Source of the DNA: Candidatus Limnocylindria bacterium
Lineage (GTDB): Bacteria > Chloroflexota > Limnocylindria > QHBO01
Length of the DNA: 64,000 nt
Reading direction: 5' to 3'
Assembly: GCA_046715765.1 (NCBI GenBank)
Contig: JBKJYH010000143.1
Coordinates: 4,584-68,583 of the forward strand
Shown here: piece after piece, positions 42,227-51,757 of the stretch
Position numbering within the stretch: the first letter of the stretch is position 1
Layout of the letters: each line of letters starts with the position of its first letter
Made by a program: the position numbers and the translations under genes
Notes under the pieces: generated by a model
What the model saw: only the letters and a program-made list of their open reading frames with translations
Told to the model about the DNA's origin: nothing
Databases searched by the model: none

Positions 42227-42435
42227 GTCGAGGACGTTCTCATCACCAGGCGAGCCGCAGGCGCGCCTACAGCACGCGTCAGCGCGAAGCGCGCGAGCGC
42301 TCGATGCCGCTCACCGGCGATGGAGCGGCCTGGTCGACGGACGGTTGGACTTCGGTGGAGACCGATGAGCGTGCCGAGCAGCGGGTTCCCGCCGGCTGGG
42401 CGCTCCGCACATCCGGACGAGCCGGCGGCGCCTGA
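42223..42435 (+). CDS. small Arg-rich hypothetical ORF at the position of the ftsL N-terminus
   Basis: ATG at 42223 lies 7 nt after GGAGG. 70 aa. The stop overlaps the next ATG (TGATG). It could be the detached cytoplasmic N-terminus of FtsL, or spurious. Confidence 0.3.
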   Translation: MSRGRSHHQASRRRAYSTRQREARERSMPLTGDGAAWSTDGWTSVETDERAEQRVPAGWALRTSGRAGGA

Positions 42436-42839
42436 TGGCGGTGATCGGCGCACGACCGGTTACCGGCCTCGGCCTTCTGGGCCGACGGCCGCGACATCTC
42501 AGGCGTCCGGTTCATCGGGCCGCCGAGAAGCGCCGCGCGCGCCGACTGCCCGGAGTGCCCGCGGTGCTTGTCGCCATCCTGGCCGCAGCAGGCCTTGGCC
42601 TGTTCTACCTGTCCCAATCGACCCACGTAGCCGCGACTGGCTACGAGATCAACAGTCTCCAACGCCGCATCGACGCGCTGGCGGTGGAGCGCCAGCAGCT
42701 CCTCGTCCAGATCGGACAGGCCCGGTCACCGAGCGTGATCCAAGAGCGAGCCGTCGAGGATCTCGGCCTGGCTCCGATCGACCAGTCACTCGTCGCTTTC
42801 ACCACCCTGCCCCCATCGACTGACCCCCCACCCAGGTAA
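42435..42839 (+). CDS. ftsL: cell division protein FtsL-like (septum formation initiator family)
   Basis: Basic N-terminus, one TM helix (VPAVLVAILAAAGLGLFYL) and a coiled-coil (EINSLQRRIDALAVERQQLLVQIGQ). It occupies the canonical position between rsmH and ftsI. Confidence 0.6.
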   Translation: MAVIGARPVTGLGLLGRRPRHLRRPVHRAAEKRRARRLPGVPAVLVAILAAAGLGLFYLSQSTHVAATGYEINSLQRRIDALAVERQQLLVQIGQARSPSVIQERAVEDLGLAPIDQSLVAFTTLPPSTDPPPR

Positions 42840-42887
42840 CAGCCGCGGCCGCCGCCGCCCGCGACGGCAGCCGAGGGAGAGACTCGT

Positions 42888-44705
42888 ATGCTCGCCAGGA
42901 CTGACAGCCGTGCCCGCGCCCTGTTCCTGCTGATGATGATGGCCATCGTCTCCGGGCTGATCGGCGTTCGCCTGGCGCAGTGGCAGGTCATGGATGCTGG
43001 CTGGCTGGCCGAACAGGCGGCACACCAATGGGCCCAGAATGAGAGCATCCCGGCCGAGCGCGGCGACATCTTCGACTCGGCCGGCGTCCTGCTGGCGACC
43101 ACGATCCAGGTGCAATCGGTCTACGCCACCCCGCCGAAGATCGAAGACCAGCGTCGCGCGGCCCAGCTCCTCTCGGTCGTACTTGATCTGGACGAGGCCG
43201 CGGTCTACGACCGCCTCGCCAGCGACGATCCGTGGACGTGGCTCAAGCGTCGGGTGGATGCGACCACCGCCGAGCGGGTCTCCGCGCTCGGGCTGCGCGG
43301 CGTGGGGATGCTCCCCGAGCCGAAGCGCTACTACCCGATGACGGGCGTGGCCGAGGGGACAACCCTGGCCGCCCAACTGCTCGGCTACGTGAACATCGAC
43401 GGGGTGGGCCAGTACGGTGTCGAGGCCGCGCGCGATCCGCTGCTGGCCGGCGAGCCGGGCTGGGTGAGTGCCCAGGAGGACGTCGCGGGGCGGCAGATCG
43501 CCGACTCGGTCTACGAGCTCGTTCCGCCCCTCAATGGGTCCGACCTGACCCTCACCCTCGACGCCGGGCTGCAGCACCTCCTCGAACAGCAGATGTGGAG
43601 CACCTACCAGCTGAACTACGCCTATGGCGCAACCGGCATCGTGATGGATGTCCAGACCGGGGCGATCCTGGCCCTGGCCTCGTTCCCGAGCTTTGACGCC
43701 AACGCCTACGGCAGCGCCGACCCGGCGCTCTTCTCCCTGCCCGCGGTGAGCCGTCAGTTCGAGCCCGGCTCGACCATGAAGGCGTTCACCATCGCGGCCG
43801 CGCTCGAGGCAGGCGCGATCGAGTTGACCACCACGGTCGAGGACGACAACAACCTGCGGTTAGGCGGCTACCGGATCCAGAACGCGGACCGCTTCCGCTA
43901 CCCGTATGGGCACGGGCCGATGACCGCCGGCGACGTGCTGAACCTCTCGAACAATGTTGGTGCGGCCAAGATCGGTCTGCTGCTCGGCCGGCAGGAGCTG
44001 TACCACGCCTTTCTGCGCTTCGGCTTCGGAGCGCCGACCGGGGTAGACGTCAGCGGCGAGGCGTCCGGCGTGGTCTGGGATCCGGACGGAGCCAATGGCA
44101 GCGGCGACCTGACCACCGCCCAGAATTCATTCGGCCAGGGCCTGTCGGTCACGGCCCTCCAGATGGTGGCCGGCTATGCGGCGATCGCCAACGGCGGCAC
44201 CCTGGTCACGCCCCACCTGGTCGCGGGCTGGACCGATGCGGAGGGCGTCTATCACCCGGTCGCCACGCCTCGGGGCGAGCGGATCATGCGCGCCGATACC
44301 GCCGCGACCGTCCTGCGGCTGCTGATCGATGCGGTGGACAACGGGATCGCCCAGAAGGCGGCAATCCCGGGCTACTCGATCGCCGGCAAGACCGGGACGG
44401 CGCAGATCGCCGGGCCGGTCACCACCCAGCGGCAGGTGGGCACCGGAGCCGACGGCCAGCCGATCTACGAGTCGGTGACCACCACCGAGTACATCTCGGA
44501 CTGGATCGACGCCTCATTCATCTCCATCATGCCCGCCAGCGAGCCGCGGCTGGTGACCCTGATCCTCATTCATCGTCCTGCGGTGTGGGGCCGCTACCAG
44601 ACTGCGCAGTCTCCTGATCGGCTCTTCCGCGAACTTGCTCCGCGGATGCTCGACTACCTGGCCATCCCGCCCGATCGAGAGCTCCCAGCCGTGGCCGCGC
44701 CGTGA
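42888..44705 (+). CDS. ftsI: peptidoglycan D,D-transpeptidase FtsI (class B PBP)
   Basis: N-terminal TM helix and PBP dimerisation domain. Transpeptidase motifs STMKAF, SNN (LSNNVG) and KTGTA. Confidence 0.9.
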   Translation: MLARTDSRARALFLLMMMAIVSGLIGVRLAQWQVMDAGWLAEQAAHQWAQNESIPAERGDIFDSAGVLLATTIQVQSVYATPPKIEDQRRAAQLLSVVLDLDEAAVYDRLASDDPWTWLKRRVDATTAERVSALGLRGVGMLPEPKRYYPMTGVAEGTTLAAQLLGYVNIDGVGQYGVEAARDPLLAGEPGWVSAQEDVAGRQIADSVYELVPPLNGSDLTLTLDAGLQHLLEQQMWSTYQLNYAYGATGIVMDVQTGAILALASFPSFDANAYGSADPALFSLPAVSRQFEPGSTMKAFTIAAALEAGAIELTTTVEDDNNLRLGGYRIQNADRFRYPYGHGPMTAGDVLNLSNNVGAAKIGLLLGRQELYHAFLRFGFGAPTGVDVSGEASGVVWDPDGANGSGDLTTAQNSFGQGLSVTALQMVAGYAAIANGGTLVTPHLVAGWTDAEGVYHPVATPRGERIMRADTAATVLRLLIDAVDNGIAQKAAIPGYSIAGKTGTAQIAGPVTTQRQVGTGADGQPIYESVTTTEYISDWIDASFISIMPASEPRLVTLILIHRPAVWGRYQTAQSPDRLFRELAPRMLDYLAIPPDRELPAVAAP

Positions 44706-46132
44706 GGTTGTTAGACTCAACCCGAACACCCGCAGGGGACCGCGTGCCGCCAACCATCCCGCTGTCCGACCTGCTTGCGGCAACCGGTGGCCGGCTCCTC
44801 CGGCCCACCAGCGTCAGCGAGGTGTCGCTTGCCGCCATCGACTCCCGTCAGGTAACCCCTGGCTGCTGTTTCGTGGCATTGCGTGGCCACACCAGCGACG
44901 GGCATCGCTTCGTCGCGGACGCAATCCGCTCCGGCGCGGCGGCGGCACTCGTCTCCACTCCGGTGAGCCTGCCGCCCGACCTGGACGCGGCGCTGATCCT
45001 GGTGACCGATCCGCTCACCGCGCTGCAGGAGTTGGCCGCCTGGTGGCGGGGCCGCTCCGCCGTGCGAGTGGTGGGGATCACCGGCTCGACCGGCAAGACG
45101 ATCGCCAAGGAGATCGTCGCCGATGTCCTGGCGCGCTCCGTTCGCACCTTGCGCAACGAGGGCAACCTGAACAGCGAGACCGGCCTGCCGCTGACCCTGC
45201 TCCACCTTGACGCCCGGGACGGGGCGGCGGTCCTGGAGATGAGCATGTATACCGAGGGCGAGATTGCGCGGCTGGCCCAGATTGCCCGACCCGAGGTCGG
45301 CGTGGTGCTGAGCGTCCATCCCACGCATCTCGAGCGCGCGGGGAGCATCGATGCGATCGCGCGCGCCAAGGCCGAACTGCCGGCGGCGCTGCCGCCCGAA
45401 GGCATGGCGATCCTCAACTTGGATGATCCGCGCGTCGCCGCCATGCGCGGCGGCACCCGGGCCGCGGTGCGGACCTACGGCTTCTCCCCCGGCGCCGACG
45501 TCCGGGCCATCGATGTGGACTCGCGGGGGATGGCCGGGACGGTGTTCACCCTGGTCGCCGGGTGGGGCGTTCGCCGCCTGCGGAGCGGGACGCCGGGTCG
45601 CCACATGGTGCCGCACGCGTTGGCCGCCGCGGCCGTCGCGGAGCGCTTCGGCGTCCCTCTCGACGAGGTCGCCGACGCTCTCGCAGCGGGCAGCAGCGCC
45701 CCCCATCGGATGGCGCTGCGCGAGGCCCGGGGGGGAGCGACGATCGTCGACGATTCGTACAACGCCTCGCCCGTCTCGGTGACAGCCGCGCTCGACTTCC
45801 TCGCCGAAACGCCGCTGGCGCCCGGCCGCCGCCGGTTCGCGATCCTGGGGGACATGCTGGAACTCGGGCCTGACGAGGAGCGGCTCCACCGCGAAGTCGG
45901 GATCCGTGCCGCCGGGGTGGTGGATGCCCTGATCGGGGTTGGGGAACGAGGCCGCTGGATCGCCGATGCGGCCCGCAGCCGCGGCCTGGCGCGCGTGGCC
46001 GTGGCGCCCGACGCCGACGCTGCGCTGGCGATCGTCGACCGCGAGCTGGCGCCCGGTCCCGGCGACCTGCTGCTGATCAAGGGCAGCCGCGGCATGGCGC
46101 TCGACGCATTGGTCGAGGCCCTGGCCGAATGA
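44702..46132 (+). CDS. murF: UDP-MurNAc-tripeptide--D-Ala-D-Ala ligase
   Basis: IDSRQVTPGCCFVALRG and ITGSTGKTIAKE fit MurF rather than MurE. The start could be the GTG at 44744. Confidence 0.85.
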   Translation: MRLLDSTRTPAGDRVPPTIPLSDLLAATGGRLLRPTSVSEVSLAAIDSRQVTPGCCFVALRGHTSDGHRFVADAIRSGAAAALVSTPVSLPPDLDAALILVTDPLTALQELAAWWRGRSAVRVVGITGSTGKTIAKEIVADVLARSVRTLRNEGNLNSETGLPLTLLHLDARDGAAVLEMSMYTEGEIARLAQIARPEVGVVLSVHPTHLERAGSIDAIARAKAELPAALPPEGMAILNLDDPRVAAMRGGTRAAVRTYGFSPGADVRAIDVDSRGMAGTVFTLVAGWGVRRLRSGTPGRHMVPHALAAAAVAERFGVPLDEVADALAAGSSAPHRMALREARGGATIVDDSYNASPVSVTAALDFLAETPLAPGRRRFAILGDMLELGPDEERLHREVGIRAAGVVDALIGVGERGRWIADAARSRGLARVAVAPDADAALAIVDRELAPGPGDLLLIKGSRGMALDALVEALAE

Positions 46133-47118
46133 CCATGCTCCTGATCCTGGTGGCGCTCCTCTCGGCATTTGCCGGTGTGCTGATCCTCGGCCCGATCTAC
46201 ATCGGCCTGTTGCAGCGTCTCGGCTTCGGTAAGCAGATCCGGGTGGAGGGCCCCCAGGGACACGCCACCAAGGCCGGCACCCCGACCATGGGCGGCATGC
46301 TGCTGGTCGTGGTGGTCATGTTCCTGGCGATGGCGATGCGGATCGAGGACGCCTCGACCCTGACCCCGATGCTGGCCCTGGTAGGGGTATCGGTGCTGGG
46401 CGCGATCGACGATTACGTGAATGTGCGGACCGGGATCGGGATGCGCGGCCGTTACAAGCTGGTGTGGCAGACCGTGGTCGCCCTGCTGGCGGCCTTCTAC
46501 GTCCAGCGCCACTTCGACATCACCGCCGTCAACATCCCGTTCGCCGGCGAGATCGTGATCGGGGGTGCGCTCTTCATCGCCTTCGTCGCCTTCGTGATCG
46601 TGGGGGTCAGCAATGCGGTGAACCTGACCGATGGCCTTGATGGTCTGGCCGGCGGCACGCTCATCTTCAGCTTCGTGGCGTACTTGCTGATCGCCCTGGT
46701 GGAGGTCCCCGGCAGCAAGGTCGCGATGCCCAACCTGGCCATCTTCTGCGCGCTGGTGATCGGCGCCCTGATCGGATTCCTGTGGTTCAACGTGCACCCG
46801 GCTCAGCTGTTCATGGGGGACTCGGGGGCACTCTCGATGGGCGCGACCCTGGCCGTAGTCGCCACCATCACCGGACAGCTTCCCCTGCTGGTGGTGATCG
46901 GCGTGGTCTTCCTGGCCGTCATCCTGAGCGTGGTTCTACAGGTCGCCTCATTCCGTCTCCGCGGTCGGCGGATCTTCCGGATGGCCCCATTGCAGCATCA
47001 CTTCGAACTGGTGGGCTGGGCCGAGGAAAAGATCACCATCCGCTTCTGGATCATCAGCGCCCTCGCCGGGCTGCTCGGGTTCAGCCTCTTCCTGGCCAGC
47101 GTGGATGCCCTCCGATGA
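46129..47118 (+). CDS. mraY: phospho-N-acetylmuramoyl-pentapeptide transferase
   Basis: 329 aa, 10 TM helices, with the NAVNLTDGLDGLA motif. Confidence 0.9.
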   Translation: MTMLLILVALLSAFAGVLILGPIYIGLLQRLGFGKQIRVEGPQGHATKAGTPTMGGMLLVVVVMFLAMAMRIEDASTLTPMLALVGVSVLGAIDDYVNVRTGIGMRGRYKLVWQTVVALLAAFYVQRHFDITAVNIPFAGEIVIGGALFIAFVAFVIVGVSNAVNLTDGLDGLAGGTLIFSFVAYLLIALVEVPGSKVAMPNLAIFCALVIGALIGFLWFNVHPAQLFMGDSGALSMGATLAVVATITGQLPLLVVIGVVFLAVILSVVLQVASFRLRGRRIFRMAPLQHHFELVGWAEEKITIRFWIISALAGLLGFSLFLASVDALR

Positions 47119-48542
47119 CCGCCGCCATTGCCTCGGTGCGAACCCTTGCCGACCTGCGCCATCGGCGAGTTCTGGTGCTCGGCCTGGCACGCTCGGGAAG
47201 TGCCGCGGCGCGCCTCCTGCTGAGCGCCGGCGCCCGGGTGACGGCATATGACCGCCGGCCCATCCACGACCTGCCCGACGCGGGTTCGCTGGCCGAGGCG
47301 GGAGTCGATCTCCGGCTTGGCGCCTCGCCCGACGAGGTTCGCGGCCTGCTCGACACGGCCGACCTGGTTGTGACCAGCCCCAGCATCAGCCTCCGCCTGC
47401 CGATCACCGACCCATGGCTGCGCGAGGCGCTCAGCGACGCCGCCGCCCGCGGGCTCGAGATCGTTAGCGAGGTCGATCTCTTCCTGCGCCTGACCAGGGC
47501 GCAGGTGCTGGGCGTGACCGGGACAAAGGGCAAGACCACCACCACCGTCCTCATCGGCGAGATCCTGACCGCCGCCGGGGTTCCGCACCGGGTGGGCGGC
47601 AATATCGGCCGGCCACTGATCGAGGAGGTGACCCGCCTCAGCGAGACGGACTGGGCCGTCCTCGAACTTTCCGAGTTGCAGTTGCCCACCATCACGCGGG
47701 GCGTGGAGCTCGCCGTGTACACCAACATCGCGGCCGACCACCTGGATCGCCACGGCAGCCAGGAGGCCTACCGTTCGGTGAAGGCACGGCTGGCCGAATT
47801 GAGCGCGGAATCTGGGCGGGTCGTGCTCAATGCCGATGACCCAGGTTGCCGCGATCTCGGCGCTCGCCTGCCGCGGGGCGCGGTGAAGTGGTACGGGCTC
47901 GACCCGGCCGCACCCGGGCTGGCGGGAACGCTGCGCGACGGCTGGCTGGTGATCGGTGGCGAACGCATCATGCCGGTCGCGGAAATGCCACTCGTCGGAG
48001 AACACCTGCTCGCCGACGCGCTGGCCGCGGGCACGGCTGCGAGCCTGCTGGGCGTGCCGGGCGACGCCATCGCAGCGGGGATTCGTGGCTTCGGTGGCGT
48101 GCCTCATCGGATGGAGCTGGTCGCCGAGTGGGCCGGCCTGCGGTGGGTCAACGATTCGCAGGCGACGATCCCGATGGCTGCGATTGCCGGGCTGCGTGCT
48201 TTCGCCCCGGCGCCGGTGGTCGTCATCGCCGGTGGATCGGACAAGGGTCTCGACTACGCCGATCTTGCGCGGATCATCGTCGAGCGCTGCCGCGCCGCGG
48301 TGCTCATCGGCGAGACGGCGCCGACCCTCGCGTCCCTGATCGGGGACCGGGTACCCGTTCGCCTCGCGGCCGGCATGGACGACGCCGTGGCGGCCGCGGC
48401 CGCGGTCGCGCACCCAGGTGACGTGGTGCTGCTCGCGCCCGCGGCCGCCAGTTTCGACATGTTCGCCGACTATGCGGCGCGGGGCGACGCCTTCCGCCGA
48501 GCCGTGCTCGCCATCCGTCCGGATGACGAGTTGCCGAGGTGA
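47115..48542 (+). CDS. murD: UDP-MurNAc-L-Ala--D-Glu ligase
   Basis: ATG at 47115 overlaps the mraY stop. VLVLGLARSG Rossmann fold, and GVTGTKGKTTTT P-loop. Confidence 0.9.
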   Translation: MTAAIASVRTLADLRHRRVLVLGLARSGSAAARLLLSAGARVTAYDRRPIHDLPDAGSLAEAGVDLRLGASPDEVRGLLDTADLVVTSPSISLRLPITDPWLREALSDAAARGLEIVSEVDLFLRLTRAQVLGVTGTKGKTTTTVLIGEILTAAGVPHRVGGNIGRPLIEEVTRLSETDWAVLELSELQLPTITRGVELAVYTNIAADHLDRHGSQEAYRSVKARLAELSAESGRVVLNADDPGCRDLGARLPRGAVKWYGLDPAAPGLAGTLRDGWLVIGGERIMPVAEMPLVGEHLLADALAAGTAASLLGVPGDAIAAGIRGFGGVPHRMELVAEWAGLRWVNDSQATIPMAAIAGLRAFAPAPVVVIAGGSDKGLDYADLARIIVERCRAAVLIGETAPTLASLIGDRVPVRLAAGMDDAVAAAAAVAHPGDVVLLAPAAASFDMFADYAARGDAFRRAVLAIRPDDELPR

Positions 48543-49804
48543 CCGCCGCCGCTGTGGTCACCTCCCGTGCAACTCGCGTGGCACGCCAGGGTGTCCAGCG
48601 CGATCGTGGCCCGATCGCGGTTGGGCTGCTGGTCCCGGTCGTCGCGCTGGTGGCATTGGGCGTGGTGATGGTCTATTCCGCATCGAGCGTGCGATCCTAT
48701 TTCGCGTCCTCGGACGCGAGCGCCCAGGGCGTGCAGCAGGCGATCTGGGCGGTGCTCGGAATCTCGCTGATGCTGATCGTGAGCCGCCTCGACTTCCGGC
48801 TGCTGCGCTACGTGGCGATCCCGGGCCTGGTGCTGAGCCTGGCGCTGCTAGGCGCGGTGCTGATCCCGGGGATCGGGATCGAGGTTTCGGGTTCGCGTCG
48901 CTGGCTGGATCTGCCGGTCATCGGCGCGGTGCAACCGGCCGAAATGGCAAAGCTGGCGATCTGCGTCTACCTTGCCCACTGGCTCGACCGACGCGGCCAC
49001 CAGGCGCGGGGCTTCGCCCACGGATTCGTCCCATTCGCGTTGCTGGTGGGACCCGGCTTCGCGTTGATCGCGCTCGAACCAGACCTGGGCACGGCCGGGG
49101 TGTACGCCACCGCGGCGCTCGCGATCTTCTTCGTGTCTGGGGCCAACCTGTTCTACTTCGCCGCCATGGCTGGCTCGGTGCTTGCCGCGGCGGTCGCGAT
49201 GGTCGTGTCGACCCCGTACCAGCTCCAGCGGGTGCACGCCTTCCTGGACCCGTTCAGCGACCCGCTGCGCAGCGGCTACAACGCGGTCCAGGCCCTAATG
49301 GCGCTGGGCACCGGTGGCCTGCTGGGGCTGGGACTGGGCGCCAGCCGCCAGAAGTTTCTGTACCTGCCCGCCCCATCCACCGACTTCATCTTCGCCATCA
49401 TCGGCGAGGAGTGGGGCCTGATCGGCACCTTGGCCGTGCTCGGCCTCTTCGTGCTGGTCGCCTATCATGGCTACCGGATAGCGATCCACGCCCCCGACAC
49501 CTTCTCGGGCCTGCTGGCGGCCGGGCTGACCACCTGGCTGGTGGCACAGGCCACCATCAACATGATGGTGGTGACGGCCCTTCTGCCGGTGACCGGCATC
49601 CCGCTGCCGTTCATCAGCTACGGTGGCTCGGCACTCATCGTCAACCTCGTGGCGGTCGGCATCCTGCTCTCGATCAGCCGCGAGACCACCCAGACAGGGA
49701 CCTTGCTGCATGCGGTGTTTGGTGTCAGGCGGCGGGACCGGGGGGCACGTGCACCCGGCGCTGGCCGTCGCCCGGGCCCTGCGCCACGCGCAACCCGGGC
49801 TTGA
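48539..49804 (+). CDS. ftsW: peptidoglycan glycosyltransferase FtsW (SEDS family)
   Basis: 10 TM helices, with the SEDS motifs (PxEhhK-like QPAEMAKL; FISYGGSA). The R-rich C-terminal tail overlaps murG by about 95 nt. Confidence 0.85.
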   Translation: MTAAAVVTSRATRVARQGVQRDRGPIAVGLLVPVVALVALGVVMVYSASSVRSYFASSDASAQGVQQAIWAVLGISLMLIVSRLDFRLLRYVAIPGLVLSLALLGAVLIPGIGIEVSGSRRWLDLPVIGAVQPAEMAKLAICVYLAHWLDRRGHQARGFAHGFVPFALLVGPGFALIALEPDLGTAGVYATAALAIFFVSGANLFYFAAMAGSVLAAAVAMVVSTPYQLQRVHAFLDPFSDPLRSGYNAVQALMALGTGGLLGLGLGASRQKFLYLPAPSTDFIFAIIGEEWGLIGTLAVLGLFVLVAYHGYRIAIHAPDTFSGLLAAGLTTWLVAQATINMMVVTALLPVTGIPLPFISYGGSALIVNLVAVGILLSISRETTQTGTLLHAVFGVRRRDRGARAPGAGRRPGPAPRATRA

Positions 49805-50807
49805 GGTTGCCTTCCTCGGCGGCGCGCGCGGCCACGAGCGCCGTTTGCTGGCCGGCGGTGAGTTCGCGTACCACCAGCTGGTGGTGCGTTCGCTACGCTC
49901 CGCCGACCTCGGGCTCAACACCCTGCTTGACCCGATCCGCCTGCTGCTCTCGGTCCCTCAGGCGTGGTGGCTGCTCGGCCGGCTCCGGCCCGCGGTGGTC
50001 TTCAGCAGCGGCGGGTACCTCGCGATTCCGCTGTTGCTGGCCGCTCGCGCACGCGGCATTCCGAGCCTGGTCTGGGAGGGAAACGTGATTCCGGGCCGGG
50101 CGACCAGGGCGGTGGCGAGGTTCGCCAGCCGGGTGGCGGTCAGCTTCCCGCCGACCGCCGAGTCGTTCCCTGGCAAGGCCTTCGTGTCGGGCACGCCGAT
50201 CCGAACCTTCGCGGGAATCGACCGCGCGAGGGCGCGCCGGCGATTCGGGGCTGGAGATGCTGATCGCCTGCTGCTGGTCTTCGGTGGCTCCCAGGCGGTC
50301 GCTCGGATCGACGCCGCGATCGACGGGTCGCTCGAGCGGCTGCTGGCCGACTGGCGGGTTGTCCACCTGACCGGGGATCGTGGACTCGCCGCGGCACAGG
50401 CGCGGCGCGCTCGCCTGGGCGATGCCTGGCGTGACCGATACCAGGTGCTTGCCCAACTCGACGACGGCATGGCCGATGCCCTGGTCGCCGCCGACCTAGT
50501 GCTGGGGCGCGCCGGTTCATCGACCTGCGCGGAGGTCACCGCGGTGGGGGTCGCCTCGATCCTGGTGCCGTACCCCTTCGCCGGTGCTCACCAGCATGCC
50601 AACGCGGCTTGGCTGGCCAACGCGGGCGCCTGCGTGGTGGTGCGCGATGCCGACCTCGATTCCGATCGCCTCCTGGGCGAGGCCTCAACCCTACGCCACG
50701 ATGGCCGGCGGGAAGCCCTGGCCGCAGCCGCGCGAGGCCTTGGCCGCCCCGACGCCGCGGGCGTGATCGCCCGTGAAATGCTTACGCTGGCCGGCCAGCC
50801 GTCATGA
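49710..50807 (+). CDS. murG: UDP-GlcNAc--undecaprenyl-PP-MurNAc-pentapeptide GlcNAc transferase
   Basis: The ATG at 49710 gives MRCLVSGGGTGGHVHPALAVA, a GT28 fold. The ORF-track start at 49623 is an extension. Confidence 0.85.
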   Translation: MRCLVSGGGTGGHVHPALAVARALRHAQPGLEVAFLGGARGHERRLLAGGEFAYHQLVVRSLRSADLGLNTLLDPIRLLLSVPQAWWLLGRLRPAVVFSSGGYLAIPLLLAARARGIPSLVWEGNVIPGRATRAVARFASRVAVSFPPTAESFPGKAFVSGTPIRTFAGIDRARARRRFGAGDADRLLLVFGGSQAVARIDAAIDGSLERLLADWRVVHLTGDRGLAAAQARRARLGDAWRDRYQVLAQLDDGMADALVAADLVLGRAGSSTCAEVTAVGVASILVPYPFAGAHQHANAAWLANAGACVVVRDADLDSDRLLGEASTLRHDGRREALAAAARGLGRPDAAGVIAREMLTLAGQPS

Positions 50808-51757
50808 CCTCGACCGCGCTGCAGCTCCGCTCCCTGGCTGCCCTCGACGCGCTGGCCGCCGAGCGAGGTATACCGCTGCAGGCCAACGCGTCACTGGCGC
50901 CGATGACCAGCCTGCGGGTCGGAGGCAGCGCCGACCGATTGGCCACTCCGAGGACCGCCGAGGAGTTGCTCGCCTGCCTGCGCCTCGCCCACGAGGCGGG
51001 AGCTGCCTGGATGGTGCTCGGCAACGGGAGTGACATCGTCGTCTCCGACGCAGGGGTACGCGGCCTGCTGATCCGCAACCGGGCGCGCGTCGCGCAGGTC
51101 GACGGGACGCTGGTCACCGGCGAGTCGGGAGCCCAACTGGCCGTCCTGGTCAAACGCGCCACGGCTGCCGGGCTGACCGGCCTGGAGTTCGGGATCAGCA
51201 TCCCGGGGACCCTTGGCGGGGCGGTGTGGGCCAATGCCGGCGCACACGGGGGCGAGATCGCAGGAGTCCTGGAATGGGCCGAGGCATGGGATCCGGGCCG
51301 CGACACGGTCGAGTCCCTGGGCGTCGCCGATTGCGCGCTGGCCTATCGCAATTCGCGCTTCAAGCACAGCCGCGAGGTGGTGCTCCGCGCGGCGCTGCGC
51401 CTCGAGCCCGATGATCCGGCGCGGGTTGCGTCGAGGGTGGCCGCCAACCACGCGCAGCGGGTGGCCAGTCAACCGCTGGCCGAGCAGAACGCGGGCAGCG
51501 TCTTCCGCAATCCGCCCCACGACCACGCGGGTCGTCTGATCGACCGAGCCGGCCTCAAGGGGATGCGCGTCGGGAGCGCCTCGGTCAGCCGGATGCATGC
51601 CAACTTCATCGTGGCGGAGCGCGGCGGGCGTGCCGCGGACGTGCGGTCCCTGGCCGAGCAGGTGCGGTCCCTGGTCGAGGAGCGCTTCGGGGTGCGCCTG
51701 GCCTTTGAGATCGAGTTCGTGGGCGAGTGGGACGCGCCGCCGGAGCACGCCAGATGA
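50804..51757 (+). CDS. murB: UDP-N-acetylenolpyruvoylglucosamine reductase
   Basis: FAD-binding domain (GGSADR; VLGNGSD) and the MurB C-terminal domain. Confidence 0.9.
   Translation: MTSTALQLRSLAALDALAAERGIPLQANASLAPMTSLRVGGSADRLATPRTAEELLACLRLAHEAGAAWMVLGNGSDIVVSDAGVRGLLIRNRARVAQVDGTLVTGESGAQLAVLVKRATAAGLTGLEFGISIPGTLGGAVWANAGAHGGEIAGVLEWAEAWDPGRDTVESLGVADCALAYRNSRFKHSREVVLRAALRLEPDDPARVASRVAANHAQRVASQPLAEQNAGSVFRNPPHDHAGRLIDRAGLKGMRVGSASVSRMHANFIVAERGGRAADVRSLAEQVRSLVEERFGVRLAFEIEFVGEWDAPPEHAR

Noticed and set aside
44702-46132. Calling this ligase MurE because it directly follows ftsI
   Set aside because: The N-terminal DSRQV..PG...FVAL.G plus ITGSTGKT pattern and a length of 476 aa fit MurF better. 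murE appears absent from the cluster.
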